A stretch of DNA of 63,305 bases, filler included, from Folioceros fuciformis (taxonomy: Eukaryota), in assembly GCA_049999805.1 (NCBI GenBank). It is 7 parts of 7 records of this genome, joined end to end, with 100 filler letters (N's around TTAATTAATTAA, not from the genome) between each part and the next. Parts side by side here need not be neighbours in the genome. Positions count along the whole stretch, not along the records: positions 22,201 to 25,694 come from JBNGIO010004466.1; positions 25,795 to 38,399 come from JBNGIO010004467.1; 5 more parts are not named here. One strand, written 5' to 3'. Positions 24,537 through 37,557 of this stretch are shown one piece after another. The notes under the pieces were generated by a model. It saw only the letters and a list, made by a program, of their open reading frames with translations. It was not told the DNA's origin and did no database searches. The position numbers and the translations under genes were made by a program. Position 1 is the first letter of the stretch, and each line of letters begins with the position of its first letter.

Positions 24537-25390
24537 GTGGGATCGATGGAACACAAACTAGTGCCTAATAAGAACAATGTATTCAGGCATGGAAGCATGC
24601 CCTTGGCCGATTTTGAGGAGAAATTTAGATGGGCGTTGGACAAAATGCTACTCAAGTACAAGTCGGAATTTACTCCAGAAATAGTGTTGTGGAAGATGAG
24701 CACTTTTCTCGTAGGAAAAGTGCTATAGTGTTGACGTGCTATCGAGACTCGAAGGAGAGGATTTTGGCGGACGCTCGTCTGCTTACTTGAGGCAGATGAA
24801 TAAAAGGGGATGATGGTGCAAGTGGATCATCTAAACCAGCGGAAATGGTAACCTAGTTGGTGGATGAAATGTTCATGAAGTTTGCTGAGATGTTTTTTGT
24901 GTTGTCCATTCAGAAAATACAGGAATTGGCGAAGTTTGCCATCAAAGTAAATGAACCGCTTAGATCCGCATATTTGAGGCTGCGACACCTAGTTAAGGAC
25001 ACAAAAGTGAAGACGATGAGGGAGGTTGCCCGTATTTACGTGGCAGCATTACCAAGAAGGCAACAAAGGGATTATTGCTAATTTCATGCACATGCAACAT
25101 GGAGTGGAATATGAGCTCAAACAAGTGTATGAAATGGCAGAGCGCGTAATGAAAGGAAATGCAGTGACCAGGGCTTATCAGGAAGAACATCATGTAGGGA
25201 GGACACACACCAACATGACAAGCGGGCATAAGTCTAGCAGCAAAGGGGCATATAGAGAGTTCAATGTTGCCAACTCACAAACAAAATTTACACCACTGAA
25301 GGAGAGGGTGGCCACCAGTGTAGTGACCTCCAAGGTGGTGATGAAATGCTCTTAGTGCAAAGGTGCATTATGAACCTCCAAAGTTTGGGG
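24537..25390 (+). pseudogene. Degenerate retrotransposon gag-like remnant
   Basis: Colinear ORF fragments broken by stops and frameshifts (FEEKFRWALDK...; IQELAKF.IK.NEPLRSAYLRLRHLV; VARIYVAALP), ending in a decayed Cx2C zinc knuckle (KCS*CKG). Confidence 0.45.
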
Positions 25391-28065
25391 TAGTGGTTTG
25401 TTTCAATTGAAAAGGGGTTAATAGTGGTATGGTTTGGTTTTCTTTTCCTACTTATTTTCCCTAATTTTATTTTATTTTCTGATCATTTTTCCTATTTTTA
25501 TTTATGCTAATTAGGTTAATTGACCAAGAAATAGTTGGTTTGGTTATTAGAGTGGGTGTAGGTTTGGTTCCAAACCTGGGAAAGTTTAGGTCTGGTACCA
25601 GGCCATAGGGTCGGGAAAGTTTGAATCTAGGTTTGGGGATTGGTTTAATATTAATTAAAGGTATATAATATTAAATGATTAATTAATATTAGAANNNNNN
25701 NNNNNNNNNNNNNNNNNNNNNNNNNNNNNNNNNNNNNNTTAATTAATTAANNNNNNNNNNNNNNNNNNNNNNNNNNNNNNNNNNNNNNNNNNNNTCCTTG
25801 GAATTCTTGACATGAGTGCTGGCATGAGGTGATCACATCTTTACTGTACGAAGATTGTATTAAGATTTTTTCATAATAGTAAGGTAATAGGATCTTTAAT
25901 GATAGTAAGGCAAAAAGGTAATCTTACTGTAGTAACTTTATGGTACAGGGCTACTTTAAATATAACTTGGTCTATGCTCACTAATAAAACACTTGCTTGA
26001 GAGAGAAGTATCTTGGAAGTGGAAGAAGGAAGTGATGTCGTGGGCATGATGGGCGACCGCGGCTCGGATTGCCTGGGCGCGGAACTATGAAGTCACGATG
26101 TTCCTGGTTGGAGTGCGGGAGGCCCTAAGGGATCAAGATGCGTGACGCAAGTGGGCAAGGAGATGCTTGGCGGAATCAACAGGCCCAATGGGGTGATCGC
26201 GCACTTTGTCACGTCCACCAGACCTCGTGGACGAAGGTTCTGAGCGGGGGCTCGCTGTGAGCTCAGGATTGGGAATCTGGGCTTCCATTCTACAGCGTCG
26301 AGATAAGCACGACTTCGAGGGTCGATATAATGTATGCGTGTCGTAGATAGTGGTTGTTTGGTCGAGGCAGCAGCATCGAGAATACAGGATCCCGTGGCTG
26401 TGCCAAACAGCACCTCTGTGGGCTTGGGGTTTCAGGAACCAATCAGGGACTGGGCNNNNNNNNNNNNNNNNNNNNNNNNNNNNNNNNNNNNNNNNNNNNN
26501 NNNNNNNNNNNNNNNNNNNNNNNNNNNNNNNNNNNNNNNNNNNNNNNNNNNNNNNGGGCGGCCTCGGAGTCTGCAGTTGGTGCAGACATGGGACGCAACT
26601 GTCGCTCCGCCCTGGCACTTCAAGTTCGTCAATAGGGAATGTCAGAGCAACAGAAGAATCACATGCAGGGTGGAACAGAACATTTAGCATGGCGGTAATC
26701 GTGCTTTCAGCATGGTGGGCAAGAGCACGAGCCACGTAGGCTGAGATGCAGAAGCTGATGGCACGTTGGGGACACGAGAATACTATTCAGGAAGGCACAG
26801 TCGGAGAATACCATTCAGGAAGGCACAGTGGTTCGACACACGTACCAAATCCAGTCCAAGGATGACACCTATTGGATGTCATCCTAGGAGGGAATGTGAG
26901 CTGCTTTCTCCACGTGGGCTCGCCAGTGTCGTTGTGATGTCCCGCTGACACCTGTTGCTCCGGATAGCAAACGGTCCGCACTGGCTCACCAAACTGTCCC
27001 GGATGGAGAGGCTTGCCACCTGCAACAAGGTGTATTACCTCCCCCGCCCTGCAGGTTCTATCCCACTTTGCAACTTTGCCAACAAGGCTTCCAGAGCCAT
27101 GTGCTGACCAGGTCAGATGGATGCTAAAATCAGTCCGGTTTGACAAACCTGCGTTCTTGTAGTCCCTCCTTTTTTGTGAGTCTCCGAGCCCAGAACTGGA
27201 AGGAACCTTCGACAGCACCCAGATAGCCGTCCAAGCTAACGTGCATTTGGGGGCAACGACGGGCCACCATACCATGTGCGTGCCAATGGGAACCAGCGAC
27301 CAACCAGGGACACTTCACCTCATTCACAGGATGAACCACGTGGACCCCACTCGCAATTGTCACTTAACAGACAGGAAAGTGAACGTCGGACAAGGACTTT
27401 CGAAAGTTAACAGACATTGGTGTAAGTACATACTGTACATGTAATTTCATCGTAAAAGATAGACAATCAGTGGAACGAATGGTCTCTTCGTCTACATTTG
27501 CACATCAAGTACAGTACACAGGAGTCTCCGGTACTCTTGTCAAGCAATTTGTCAAACAAAAAAAGTTCTGCAAGTACATACAGCATGCACAAGGAGACAT
27601 CCACGCATTGAATATTCTACGCCGGTGGTGCTGTGTCCGACGCAAGAAACAAGAGCTTTAGTCAAACGGGAAGTTTGAACAGCGGCAGTAAATATTGGCA
27701 TTTCACAACTTCAGACATTTGAAGGAATTATCGTCAAGAAACCTGCTTTTTTTTTCTTTTCTGGTCTGGATGCAAGCGCCTCACCGTGACTTCTGGAGGT
27801 TGTGCCACTTCGTTACTCTGCTGTCCGGCAAACGATCGGCTGCCTCCTGCAAAACAACAACACTCCCTTCCTTGAGAAGACCACGGTTCTAAATCATCCC
27901 ACATCCTTGCAGAAGGATAATTCAGGATGAACACCAGCTACCACACCAAAACGATAAGTCTTAGAGAAACAGCACTTAGTACAGAATTAATGCATGCAAT
28001 ACTTTCGATAACGTATCTCCGTCGAGCTCAGTTCTGCGCGATGAGTGAGTTGCCTGCGCTGGAGG

Positions 28066-29877
28066 TCAAGATTGTCCAGAAGCTGCTCGTTCCTCCCTCA
28101 GCCTTCTTGCACGCTCCTGCCATGAGCTCTGCTGCTGCATCTTCAGGACCTGCCAAGGACATATGAAGGCGCAATACCTGTCAGCTTATACACTGGAGGA
28201 AAGTACATAAGCATACATGATGTCCATTGAAGACGGTCATGCAGACCTCCTCACTGAGAACAGAGTTTTCAGACACTTTGCCGTCCGCACTCTTATATTC
28301 TGATTTGCTCGTGGTCATGTTATCAGAACGGAAGGTTTGATGCTTCATCAAACAGGGCTCAGTGGACGTAGGTACTCCAAACATCGCAGCCTCGTGAGCA
28401 GCCTGAATGTCAGCCTCTCTTTTGGCCTGGATCAACACACCAGAAACTAATAGCATCAAAAAAAAAAAAAAAAAAAAAGCACCACTACGTAACCTTCCTT
28501 GTTTTAAAAGTGACGAGCAGCGGGAAGAGACTGACAATGTGGAATCCCACAACGAAGCAATGACTTGTTTGCTCACTTGATTCACAGAGGCATAGAAAGT
28601 ACTTCCGGTGTGTTTTAAAAACACGGTATCATCAGGGGCCCCAGTGTCATCTACGAAGAGCACATGCCTTAGTCAGATGCCGTCCACTCCAAACAGTTTC
28701 AAACGCACCACACACTGTTCGTCTGAATATGATTGAATTGCCATGACACAGGCTAGCTAACCTCCCAACCCGTCAAGCTTGGCATCGTCATCCAATGGTG
28801 CTGTCTTGTCGAAATCAAATCGTTCCCACTCTCCAGTGACTCCCTTGGCGTTATCTTTAATAACTGCATGCTCCAAGTCGCCTACGCAGTTCAGCGAATA
28901 ATTTCAACGAACAGGTGACAGACGTGCATAGTCAGAGCTTGAAGGCATACCAGTCTCTGAAAGCTGAAGCCTCATCTTGGCCTTCACTTTCTGAGCTGGA
29001 GTCTGCAGACCACGGGGTTTACACACTCTAATTCCCAGCACCAGCAAAACCTAACCAAAATTGTTCTTCGCAAATGCATCACACGAACGAATCCACGCAC
29101 CATATCACCAAAGCCTGGAATGAGTGAGGCATAGTCTCTGGTGTCCGCCGCACCATTACTTCCCCGTTCGGCCTTCGTTCTCCTGTCCCTGCTCCCAGGA
29201 GACTTGCTCCGGTTACCCCGCGTCCTATCCAACGACCTACTTCTCTCCCTCCTCCGGTGGCTAAGGTATGAAATCTCCCTCCTGCCAGAACGACGAGGAG
29301 ACCGACTTCGTCTCCTCTCACTCTCACACAATCCTCTCCTGCGCTCCTTTCTGTGCTCCCTGGAGCTGCTCCTTGACCTACTCCGGCGACGCCTGCCTCG
29401 ATCACGAGACCTGCTCCTTGACCTACTCCGGCGGTGACTTCCACGGTCACCAGACCTGCTCCTGGACCGCGGTCCTGGAGACTTATTTCCATCCCGTCGC
29501 TCCTCGCTACCCTTTCTCCTGCCCGTCCGCGGGCTCCGACTCCCATCCTTGCCATGCTTCTTCTTGCCTCCCTCCGCTACCGGCAACCTAGCTGTCTCTG
29601 GCGACGAGCTCCTGCTGCGCTTCCCGGAATTTCTTTGCACATTGTCTCTCTTTTTGAGCTTGTCCCTGATGCTGTCGATCCTGATTTCCTTTTGCAGAAG
29701 CTCAGCTTTGCTAGGGCTCAACTCCCTCACGAAATTGCCCATAGAAGTCGGAACAGAGCGCTCAGTGCGCGCCTCAGAGGGCTTGGAGCCATAGCCGAGG
29801 CCCTGCTTGAACCGTGCAGCACCCCCTCCCTTGAGCACCAGCTCTTCATAGTAGGCAGCAGCTTTCTCTTCGTCCAT
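28066..29877 (-). CDS. RS-rich RSRC1/SRrp53-like putative splicing protein, multi-exon (exon 1 29101-29877, exon 2 28951-29002)
   Basis: MDEEKAAAYYEELVLKGGGAARFKQGLGY, a long RS domain, spliced TPAQKVKAKMRLQLSET, WERFDFDKTAPLDD, IQAAHEAAMFG and a terminal SWQERARR. TGA at 28066-28068. Confidence 0.8.
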
Positions 29878-30932
29878 GGCCTCCACCTCTTCGATTACGC
29901 TCCTTCTCAATTCCACATTTTGGCGGGCATACTTTCTCAAACTTCAACCTCAGTCCTATCAAATTTCGTACCTACCAGATAGAACTTAGGCACTAAAGAC
30001 ACATAATAATCACACCTATCTCCCATTTTTTACCAACTTCAATTCAGTTGTATTAAAAACAATTATCTTATATAGTTATAGCTATAGATAATATATACCT
30101 AAACAATATTTTTCTACATCTTATATTTTTCAGAAATTTAACATAGTTATAATATTATTTATATAATTAACTCAAAAGAAGCAAATACTATTAATCTAAT
30201 ATAAATAAATATGATTTCAAAATACCCTTATCTTGTCATACTTAACATGTTGTTGCACTCATTAATATTTAACTTCGTTTGCTCAATTACATACTTAAGT
30301 AAGTATTGCACTAAATTAAAATATTTTAATTTTTATTTCTATATTTTACCCTCCATTGAATGCCTTAGAAAATGCAAAGCTAATATGAGAGAGTTAATAG
30401 CCTTTAGGAGATTGTCCTCCATAATTAACTTAAGCCACATGGAAGTGATTTCCCACCATCACCTACTCCTGGCTTATCTCATCTCAAGCATGTACTTTTG
30501 CACTTGTAGTTGTAATTAAGTTGCTAGTTTTATATCCTTCATTTCACTTAAATTTACAAAACATCAACTTAGATCAAATCTTGTCTTTGCAATATCAAGG
30601 TGAAGGGTTCTATTGCTACTCTCCATCTCTTACATTGTTGTTTGATTGCTCAATATTAGGGTTTCATGCAACAAGTTAGGGCTTCACCTAACAAAGACCC
30701 CACAAGTGTGGTTTGGGGATTAAAAATATGGTCTAATGTGCTGGTTGTTGTTTGCATTCGAACTTGTGTGGAACAATTTGGCATCTTTTTGAATTGATGT
30801 CTCAACATAGTCTCCAAATGTTCAATCTTAGACCTTTCTTTTTTTTCATGAATGAATGGAGCTAATTCAATTGGGTTGTAGTGGGTGATACTACTTTCTA
30901 CTCATTTTTTGCTAGCCTTAGAAGCCCTTCGC

Positions 30933-31053
30933 CTTTGTGGGCTGGATTTGCTGGGTGAAAATTTTTGTGGGCTGGACTTGTTGGGTGCAAATTTTTGTGG
31001 GCTGGATTTGATGAGTGAATTTTTTTGTGGGCTGGATTTGATGGGTGAAAATT
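30933..31053. repeat. 30-bp tandem repeat (TTTGTGGGCTGGATTTG.TGGGTGAAAATT), ~4 copies
   Basis: Directly visible 30-bp period. Confidence 0.9.
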
Positions 31054-31190
31054 GTTCCATACATCAAATGCACAAAAAAAAAGGAAAATATTTAGAGAAA
31101 AAGAAAAAAACTTAGCCATGCTTTAGGTTAGATTGAAAGCATGAAATTGGTAAGTTGCTTATTGGCACTAAGCATCCTTTGTGAGCCAAG

Positions 31191-31967
31191 TCATTGTTCT
31201 GTATCATCCATCCCCCTAATCTCCTTGATAGTCTTTATTTTTTGTGATTTTCTTGATTTAGAGACAAAGTCAGCACCTTCATATTGGTGATCTTTATCAT
31301 AGACATACACATCCGGGTAAAGATACCTTAAATGTAAAATTGGTATATATCTACCTAGTTTTGAATTATATCCAACAAAGAATCTAGAAATACTACGATT
31401 TTCTACTCTACCAGCAACCAAAATCTCTACGTTTTCTTGTGCTACGTATTTTGCATTACTGGATTTTCCATCTTGCTCATGGGGAAGGAGATAGTAGTAA
31501 GGTTGCTTTGTGATGTTCAACAGACGGTTTTTCACTACCATCTCAATCGGCATAGTGCATTCAGGATCCCATCCGTAAATAATACCTTTGTATCCAAAGT
31601 ATCGATGCCGAACCACATGGCCAAGGGAAAAGTGAACACCTGTTTTGTCTTCTCGCATGGCCCTGCGCATTTGTGCAAGTTTCAGGATGTTGAATAGTCG
31701 AATAGCCTCAAAGCCTCTGTCCAGTGCGGCTTCTCCTGCTTTGGATTTCTTTGGGAGAGTGGAATCTCTCTGGAATACCCATCTGAGCAAAGTTGAAGCA
31801 CCTCCTATTGAGGCCAAATCAAAAGGTGGAAGCTTCTTGGTTGATGACAACCCACAAAGATCTGCAGTGCGTTTGTGAGCTATGGCCACCCATGCTGATG
31901 CTAGACCTTCTCTTCTGACTTTAGATAACAACGTTCTATACAAGACCCTCGCAACTTGATGTCCCAT
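31191..31967 (-). CDS. YccV/HspQ (hemimethylated-DNA-binding-like) domain protein with LYR-like N-terminus
   Basis: FSLGHVVRHRYFGYKGIIYGWD...QPYYYLL...YVAQENVE...I.RFF.GY....GRYIP...LR.LYP matches the YccV consensus. N-terminus VARVLYRTLL. 258 aa, intronless. Confidence 0.85.
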   Translation of the reverse strand: MGHQVARVLYRTLLSKVRREGLASAWVAIAHKRTADLCGLSSTKKLPPFDLASIGGASTLLRWVFQRDSTLPKKSKAGEAALDRGFEAIRLFNILKLAQMRRAMREDKTGVHFSLGHVVRHRYFGYKGIIYGWDPECTMPIEMVVKNRLLNITKQPYYYLLPHEQDGKSSNAKYVAQENVEILVAGRVENRSISRFFVGYNSKLGRYIPILHLRYLYPDVYVYDKDHQYEGADFVSKSRKSQKIKTIKEIRGMDDTEQ

Positions 31968-32671
31968 ATTTGTTTTATTAGTACTCTTTTCACATCCAAG
32001 TGCCTCCCCATGCCCTTAACATTTTTCCTGGTTAGCTGTGCGGGCGTTGTTTGCGCTTTATTCCAATAACTGGTACCCTGTTATATAATCTCTCCGAGCT
32101 GGAAGATATGAAGTGTTGGATGTTGCTTGAACTCGGATTCTTGCGCCTTGTTATCCCGGGATGCACGATTGCCTGACACAGTACCGAAATCGAAATCAGC
32201 AATGCATGAAGGGATGGAGAGGTTTGGGGACGTATTTGCAAGAACGATGAATGAAAGCATGAGTCTGTTCTTGGAAGAGTAGGCATGCATGGCATCGCTG
32301 TTGAACAAGAAAAGACGGCAGGCAACGATGGCGGCCTCCGCTGCACGGATGACCAGCCTGGATGAAAAAGGAGAGCAGTTTGAAGGAGTTTCTGGTTCGC
32401 AACCTTTTGAGACGGGCAGAAGGGTATGTGGAACTCCGGGTTGTTGAACGCTGGAACTTGGAGTTGACAACGGTGAGAAAACAAGCGAGTTGGAATCGCG
32501 TGAGGAGGACTTGGATGGAAGAGTGAAATGGAAGAGATAGGAGCATACCGAACGTTGTCTAGGGAGCGCGAGAGTAGAAGCAAGGCTGCGGTTTAGGACT
32601 CTGAGGAATGAGAAACACGCCCGTTTACATTTCACAAAACAGAGGTCCTGGGATACAGGAATTTGGACAAG

Positions 32672-34508
32672 ATGCAGGCCGCAATCAAGGAGTTGAATCA
32701 GGTGATGCCGAACCTGATGGCAATGGAGAACCAGTCCGTGCTGTGGTTGCAGCCGGATCTGGCTGGCTGGCTGGAGAAGCGAGGCGGACATTTCCAATCA
32801 TGGAAGAGGCGATTCTTCCTGCTGCAGGGAGCATTTCTCTTCTACTTTGCATCGGACTTCAACGTGGAGTCCGCGGCGCCGCTGGGAGTGGTGCCTGTGG
32901 AGGGATCCAGGGTAGTTCCTGTGACCGATGAGAAGACTGCCGGCAACCACAAGTACTGCTTCTGCGTGGCCCTGGCTGCCACGGTGGCCAGCATCTCCAA
33001 GCGCAGCGAATACGTGCTTGCTGCGCCCTCCAAGCAGGCGCTGGAGGAGTGGCTGAAGAAGCTGCAGAACTCGGCCGAGTCCCGGAAGGCTCTGTATGCT
33101 GAGCTCCGTAGGGTGAGGCAGAGGGGAGGGGAACTGCGGGCGGCCCTGGCGTCCTCCCCAGCTTCTGCGCAGCTTCTAGCGTCGGCGCCGGGGCAGGACG
33201 CGGCCAACATGCGCCAGGAGATCGCAAATGCGACTCAGCAAGTGGAGGCGATGAAGCCGGAGGTGGCAAGGCTGGAGAACGAGGCTATGGCGCAGGATTC
33301 GGCCAGGACTCGTGCGCTGGTTCACTTCGACCTCTTGTCCAGGAACCTGGCGGGAGCCAACGGGTCCAACGCCACGTACGTGATCGGCAAACTGAAAGCG
33401 GAAGCGGACGTGGTGCAGGAGTTGCACGAGCATCTGTTGAATAAGGTGAATTTCATGCAAGGCTTGGGAGTGGAGACCTTGGACGGGCCGTCCAGGGCCT
33501 CCCTGCGTGCGTTTGTGGAGGAGTCGTTGAGTACGATTCAAGATCGGCAAGGGAGAGTGCGAGCCAAGGCTCCAAGATATACTCCCCTGTTTGCTGGTGA
33601 GGACCCGGGACAGGAAGCGGAGTGGCAGGTCGATGGTATGGCTGACAAGAAACAGGGAGGGCTATTACGGGGAGCCATCAACAAGATCAAGGTTCAGGCG
33701 GACAGTGTGAGAGGATTCGCCAAGGGCACTGTGAGAGATGTCAGGAGCCAGGGGCTGGCGGCAGCAACCATAAATGTAGGCCGAGGATTCATAGATGCAG
33801 GGAGAGGGGTGGCTGGCAACAGAGGCAGCAACATGTTTGGAGCAGGGCCGTCCAATTTGGGTGGTCCTCCGAGACAAGGAGGTGGTTACGGACAGAATTA
33901 CGGCGCTTACAGTCAAGGTGGTGCCAGTGCAGCAGGTGCTAGCTCTTATGGACAGGCTTCTGCTTCAGATGCGAATGCGGATGCATATGCACAAAATCCT
34001 GATGCCGCTGCGCAGGTGCAGCAGGAGGACCCTCAGGCTGCTGCTGCCTCTGTGCAACAAGGGTACGCTGCTCCTCAACAATCGTACGACGACCAAGCAG
34101 CTCAAGCAGCTTATGGTGCCCCACAATCACAGCAACAAGGGTACGGGCCCCAGCAGGGCNNNNNNNNNNNNNNNNNNNNNNNNNNNNNNNNNNNNNNNNN
34201 NNNNNNNNNNNNNNNNNNNNNNNNNNNNNNNNNNNNNNNNNNNNNNNNNNNNNNNNNNNGGGCCCCAGCAGGGCTACAGTCCTCAGCAAGGTTATGGCCC
34301 TCCTCAACAGGCTTACGGGCCTCCGCAGCAGCAGCAGCAGCTGTATGGTCCTCAGCAACCAGGATACGGTCCTCAGCCCCAGCAACCGGGGTATGGTCCT
34401 CAGCCTCAGCAGACGGCCTATAGCACTCAATCTCAGCAGCCGGGGTATGGTCCTCAGCCTCAGCAACCGGGGTATGGCCCTCAACAAGGAGGCTATCAAG
34501 GGTACTGA
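32672..34508 (+). CDS. PH-domain + coiled-coil protein with Gln/Pro/Gly/Tyr repeat tail (spans a 100-N gap)
   Basis: PH motifs AGWLEKRGGHFQSWKRRFFLL.GAFLFYF...PLGVVPV...YVLAAPS.QALEEWLKKL, then heptad-like segments. YGPQQ/YGPQPQQPG repeats continue after the gap to TGA at 34508. The true start may lie further upstream. Confidence 0.85.
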
Positions 34509-35235
34509 GAGCTCAGCAACTACGTGTGCGCCTTCTGACTGCCGCTGACATGCCAACACAATCACAGGAAAGAGCTTGAGACGCTCTCCACAAATACGAA
34601 GGGCAATGTCACGCAATCTAGCGCTCACCCTTCGCAGCCCGTTGCTCCCACTGCATGAATTAAAATGCTTTACCCAATCAAATTTGGGTTATTATTGAGA
34701 GCTTTTGTAAATAAATGGATAGAAAGATACAAGCACCCTACGAGTTGGTAGGTACGAAAAGAAACTAAGCAGGAACGCTCCAAAGGTGTGACGACAACCT
34801 CCAGACTGCCAAAAGCCCATTCAAAGTTGCACAAGAGGATGAAATGCTTACAAGGGTGAGTAAGCCAAGAAGATGATACTGTCCACCTTATGGAACAGGT
34901 CAGGTCTCGAAATACACTTTGTCTCCAGGGACAAATAGTTCTTGAACCCTCGAAACCAACGAGGACGAGGGACAAAGAAGCTGTTAGAGTATCTGTGCAG
35001 TGGGAGAAAGATGTCTCGACTATTTTTCCATCATCGGGAGCCCGCCACGATTACACAGACTTGAATATTAGAACCTGAACATGACAGGCAGCAACACCTG
35101 AAGATCAGTCCCTTTCTCGTCGTCTCATGTTTTCAACATTGATGTCGTTGCCTGCTCTTGTCAAGCAAACCAAAGCAGCGCTGCAGCCTGTTCGACAAGT
35201 AAACGGAAATGTTGAAGAATTTACCTCAAGAGGGT

Positions 35236-37557
35236 TCATATGCGGAGAAAGAAGACGCTAAGCTCTTGGCCCGGAGTTCCATCTGGGTTGATCATGTGAA
35301 ACGACTCCGCATCAGCTGAGCCGACCACATGCTCATACCGGGCTCTCATATACATCAGCTCCTCGCTAGGCACCTGGCTGGCCTTGTGCACATGACCATC
35401 CGCTGAGCGATGGCCGAACTGATCATCATCCAGATCGTTGTCCGTCTTGGGGGGCCTTATAGGAAATTCCTTTCCGTTCTCCAAAGGCAGATGCTCGTCG
35501 ATGCGGTGGTAGTTGATCGGAATATGATCGTCCTCCTTGTGCATCTTGTTAAACCGTGGGCCATGAACACCACTGGTCACCTCTCCTTCAGCAGAATCTC
35601 CGTTGGGGAAGGCCCTGACCCCGTTCCCGGTGCCAGAGGCTTTGCCACCACTCCGGAGACGGGAGGTAGCGGTGTCATCGTCCTCCTCACTCTCCAGCGA
35701 TCTCCTGGCGTCATCAGACATGGGAGTTCCGTACTCCGACTTAGAGTTGCTCCTAGCTTCCGACTTAGAATTCGAGGGAGGAGTGGCAAATTGTGCGGTC
35801 CCGTCAGACTCGAACCCAAGTGCACGCCTGAAAAGAAAAGCAATTCAGAGATGAGGGTCGTACGCACAGCAGAATCAAATACTCGGAGCACAGAGTTGCA
35901 GCTCATCCAGGTGCAGACCTGGGCGACCGGCGTGGGGACTTGTCAGTAGCCTCGAAGACGGCCCTGTCTCCACTCTTGGAGCGTTCGTGCCCTCCTCTCA
36001 ATCTGTCCTCAAAACTGCGAACACCCACACGCATTGCCAACAAAAATGAAGGAAATTGTGCCGAGAGCTAACCATCAGCAACTGAAGTGTAAGCACGCCG
36101 AGCTTACCGCTCATGCTGGACAGAGCGATCGAAGGACCGCGTCTTGACAGGAGTCATATCACGATCATCAGGAACCCGACGCATCATGTCCAGCGACGAC
36201 CGTCGCTCCCGACCGACGGTCAGGATATGCTCCGGCGACGACCGCAGCGAAGAACGGTCGCGGTTCACGTGATGGTACCGGTGGTCGGGGGAGGAGCGGT
36301 AGGACTGGTCGCGGGAGCCTGGGCCTCCCATCCGCCGCTCCCTCTCCGGGCTGGTCCGGGCAGACCTGGAGACGGACGGGAACCACCTGTGACCGTCCGT
36401 CCGCTGGTGCCGCTCCGGGGACGTCCGTCGTGACGACTGTTTGGAGCGCGAACGGCCGTCGGGAGACAGCACCACAGGCCGATGCTGCTCGTCCACAGGG
36501 ATGACGCCTGCGCCCATGGAAACCTGACGCAAGGCACAAACAGACACATAACTATCCATCAGTCCACAGACATGCGTCATTCACGTCAACAGCCCAGTCT
36601 CACGGGGTCTTCTGACGGGCCTCGTGGCTCCAACAGCACTCTGTTCGTCCTGTCGACATACTGCATGCTTGTCCATTTGCCATCATGCAGACGTCTTGTC
36701 AGTGCTGCCGGACACCGATATAATGGTCTCGTGAAGGAACACGAGAACACCGGCTGGATTCCCGGCCTCGGCATTACGGGCAGAGCAAGGCAGCAACAGT
36801 GACACAAACAGTGATACATGATAGGCACAAGATGACAGGAAGTGAGATGGTGCATGGGATGAATGCATACCTGCTCGATCACAGCCAGGACCGAACGGTC
36901 AGTGTCGGAACAGATGCGGCGGATGGCGAATCCCACCTTCCTGCCATTGCAATACATGCTCCAGACGGGCTCCAGAATGAGAGGAGACGGTTTAGGGGGG
37001 CCGAGCAAGTTCACGGATCCGTCATTCCCGCCCATGTCGTCTTGCATCTTGTTCCTCCCCTTGGTCTCACATTCCAGGGCAATTCTGAGCAGGCCCGAGG
37101 CCATCTCCCTCACCAGAATATCAGTAGGCATGGCCAGCTCCAGTAGCAAAGACGGGGGAGACTTGGGATCTTCCTGGACACAGAACGTGACTTTGCCCTT
37201 GCGGTAGCCGAAGATGGTGCCCGTCACAGTCCGGCCCAGGGCCTTCCCTGTAGGAGTGGTCGAATGAGATTTGGACGAGGCACTGGACTGCAATGGCCTG
37301 GTGGAGTTGACAGAGCTAGTCGTGAGCAGGGCCTTGTGCGGAGCGGAGCCGACGCTGACACTGGATTGCAGCAGATCGCTGTTGTTCTCCACCCTGACTT
37401 GCTCCTGGCAGCTGCAGCAATTCCCCGACGGCAAAAGGTGCGAGAAGAAGGAGCACAAGGAGGTCCAGCACCGAACATCCTTCATCCGCTCAGGGTCGGC
37501 ATAGCTGGATTTCACAATCTGCTCCTGGTAATCCCTATCGGAGGCGGTTCTCACCAT
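35236..37557 (-). CDS. MIZ1: MIZU-KUSSEI1-like (DUF617) protein; exons 36871-37557, 36108-36523, 35919-36014, 35236-35827 (596 aa)
   Basis: TVTGTIFGYRKGKV.FCVQEDP...LLLELAMPT..LVREM.SGLLRIALECE, VWSMYCNGRKVGFA.RR, VSMGAGVIP and ELMYMRARYEHVVGS.DAESFHMINPDG..GQELSVFFLRI. The GT-AG introns keep frame (1791 nt total). Confidence 0.9.

Noticed and set aside
25990-27440. Possible LINE or pseudogene remnant
   Set aside because: GC-richer and contains a small 26-bp duplication (~26776-26829), but no frame gave a motif I could identify.
29434-29982. Long antisense ORFs over real genes (also 32081-32797, 33939-34628, 40801-41670)
   Set aside because: Shadow frames of GC-rich or low-complexity coding sequence.
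33795-34508. Frameshift in the PH gene (likewise NAC at 41684-41783)
   Set aside because: The frame change coincides with a fixed-length 100-N gap.
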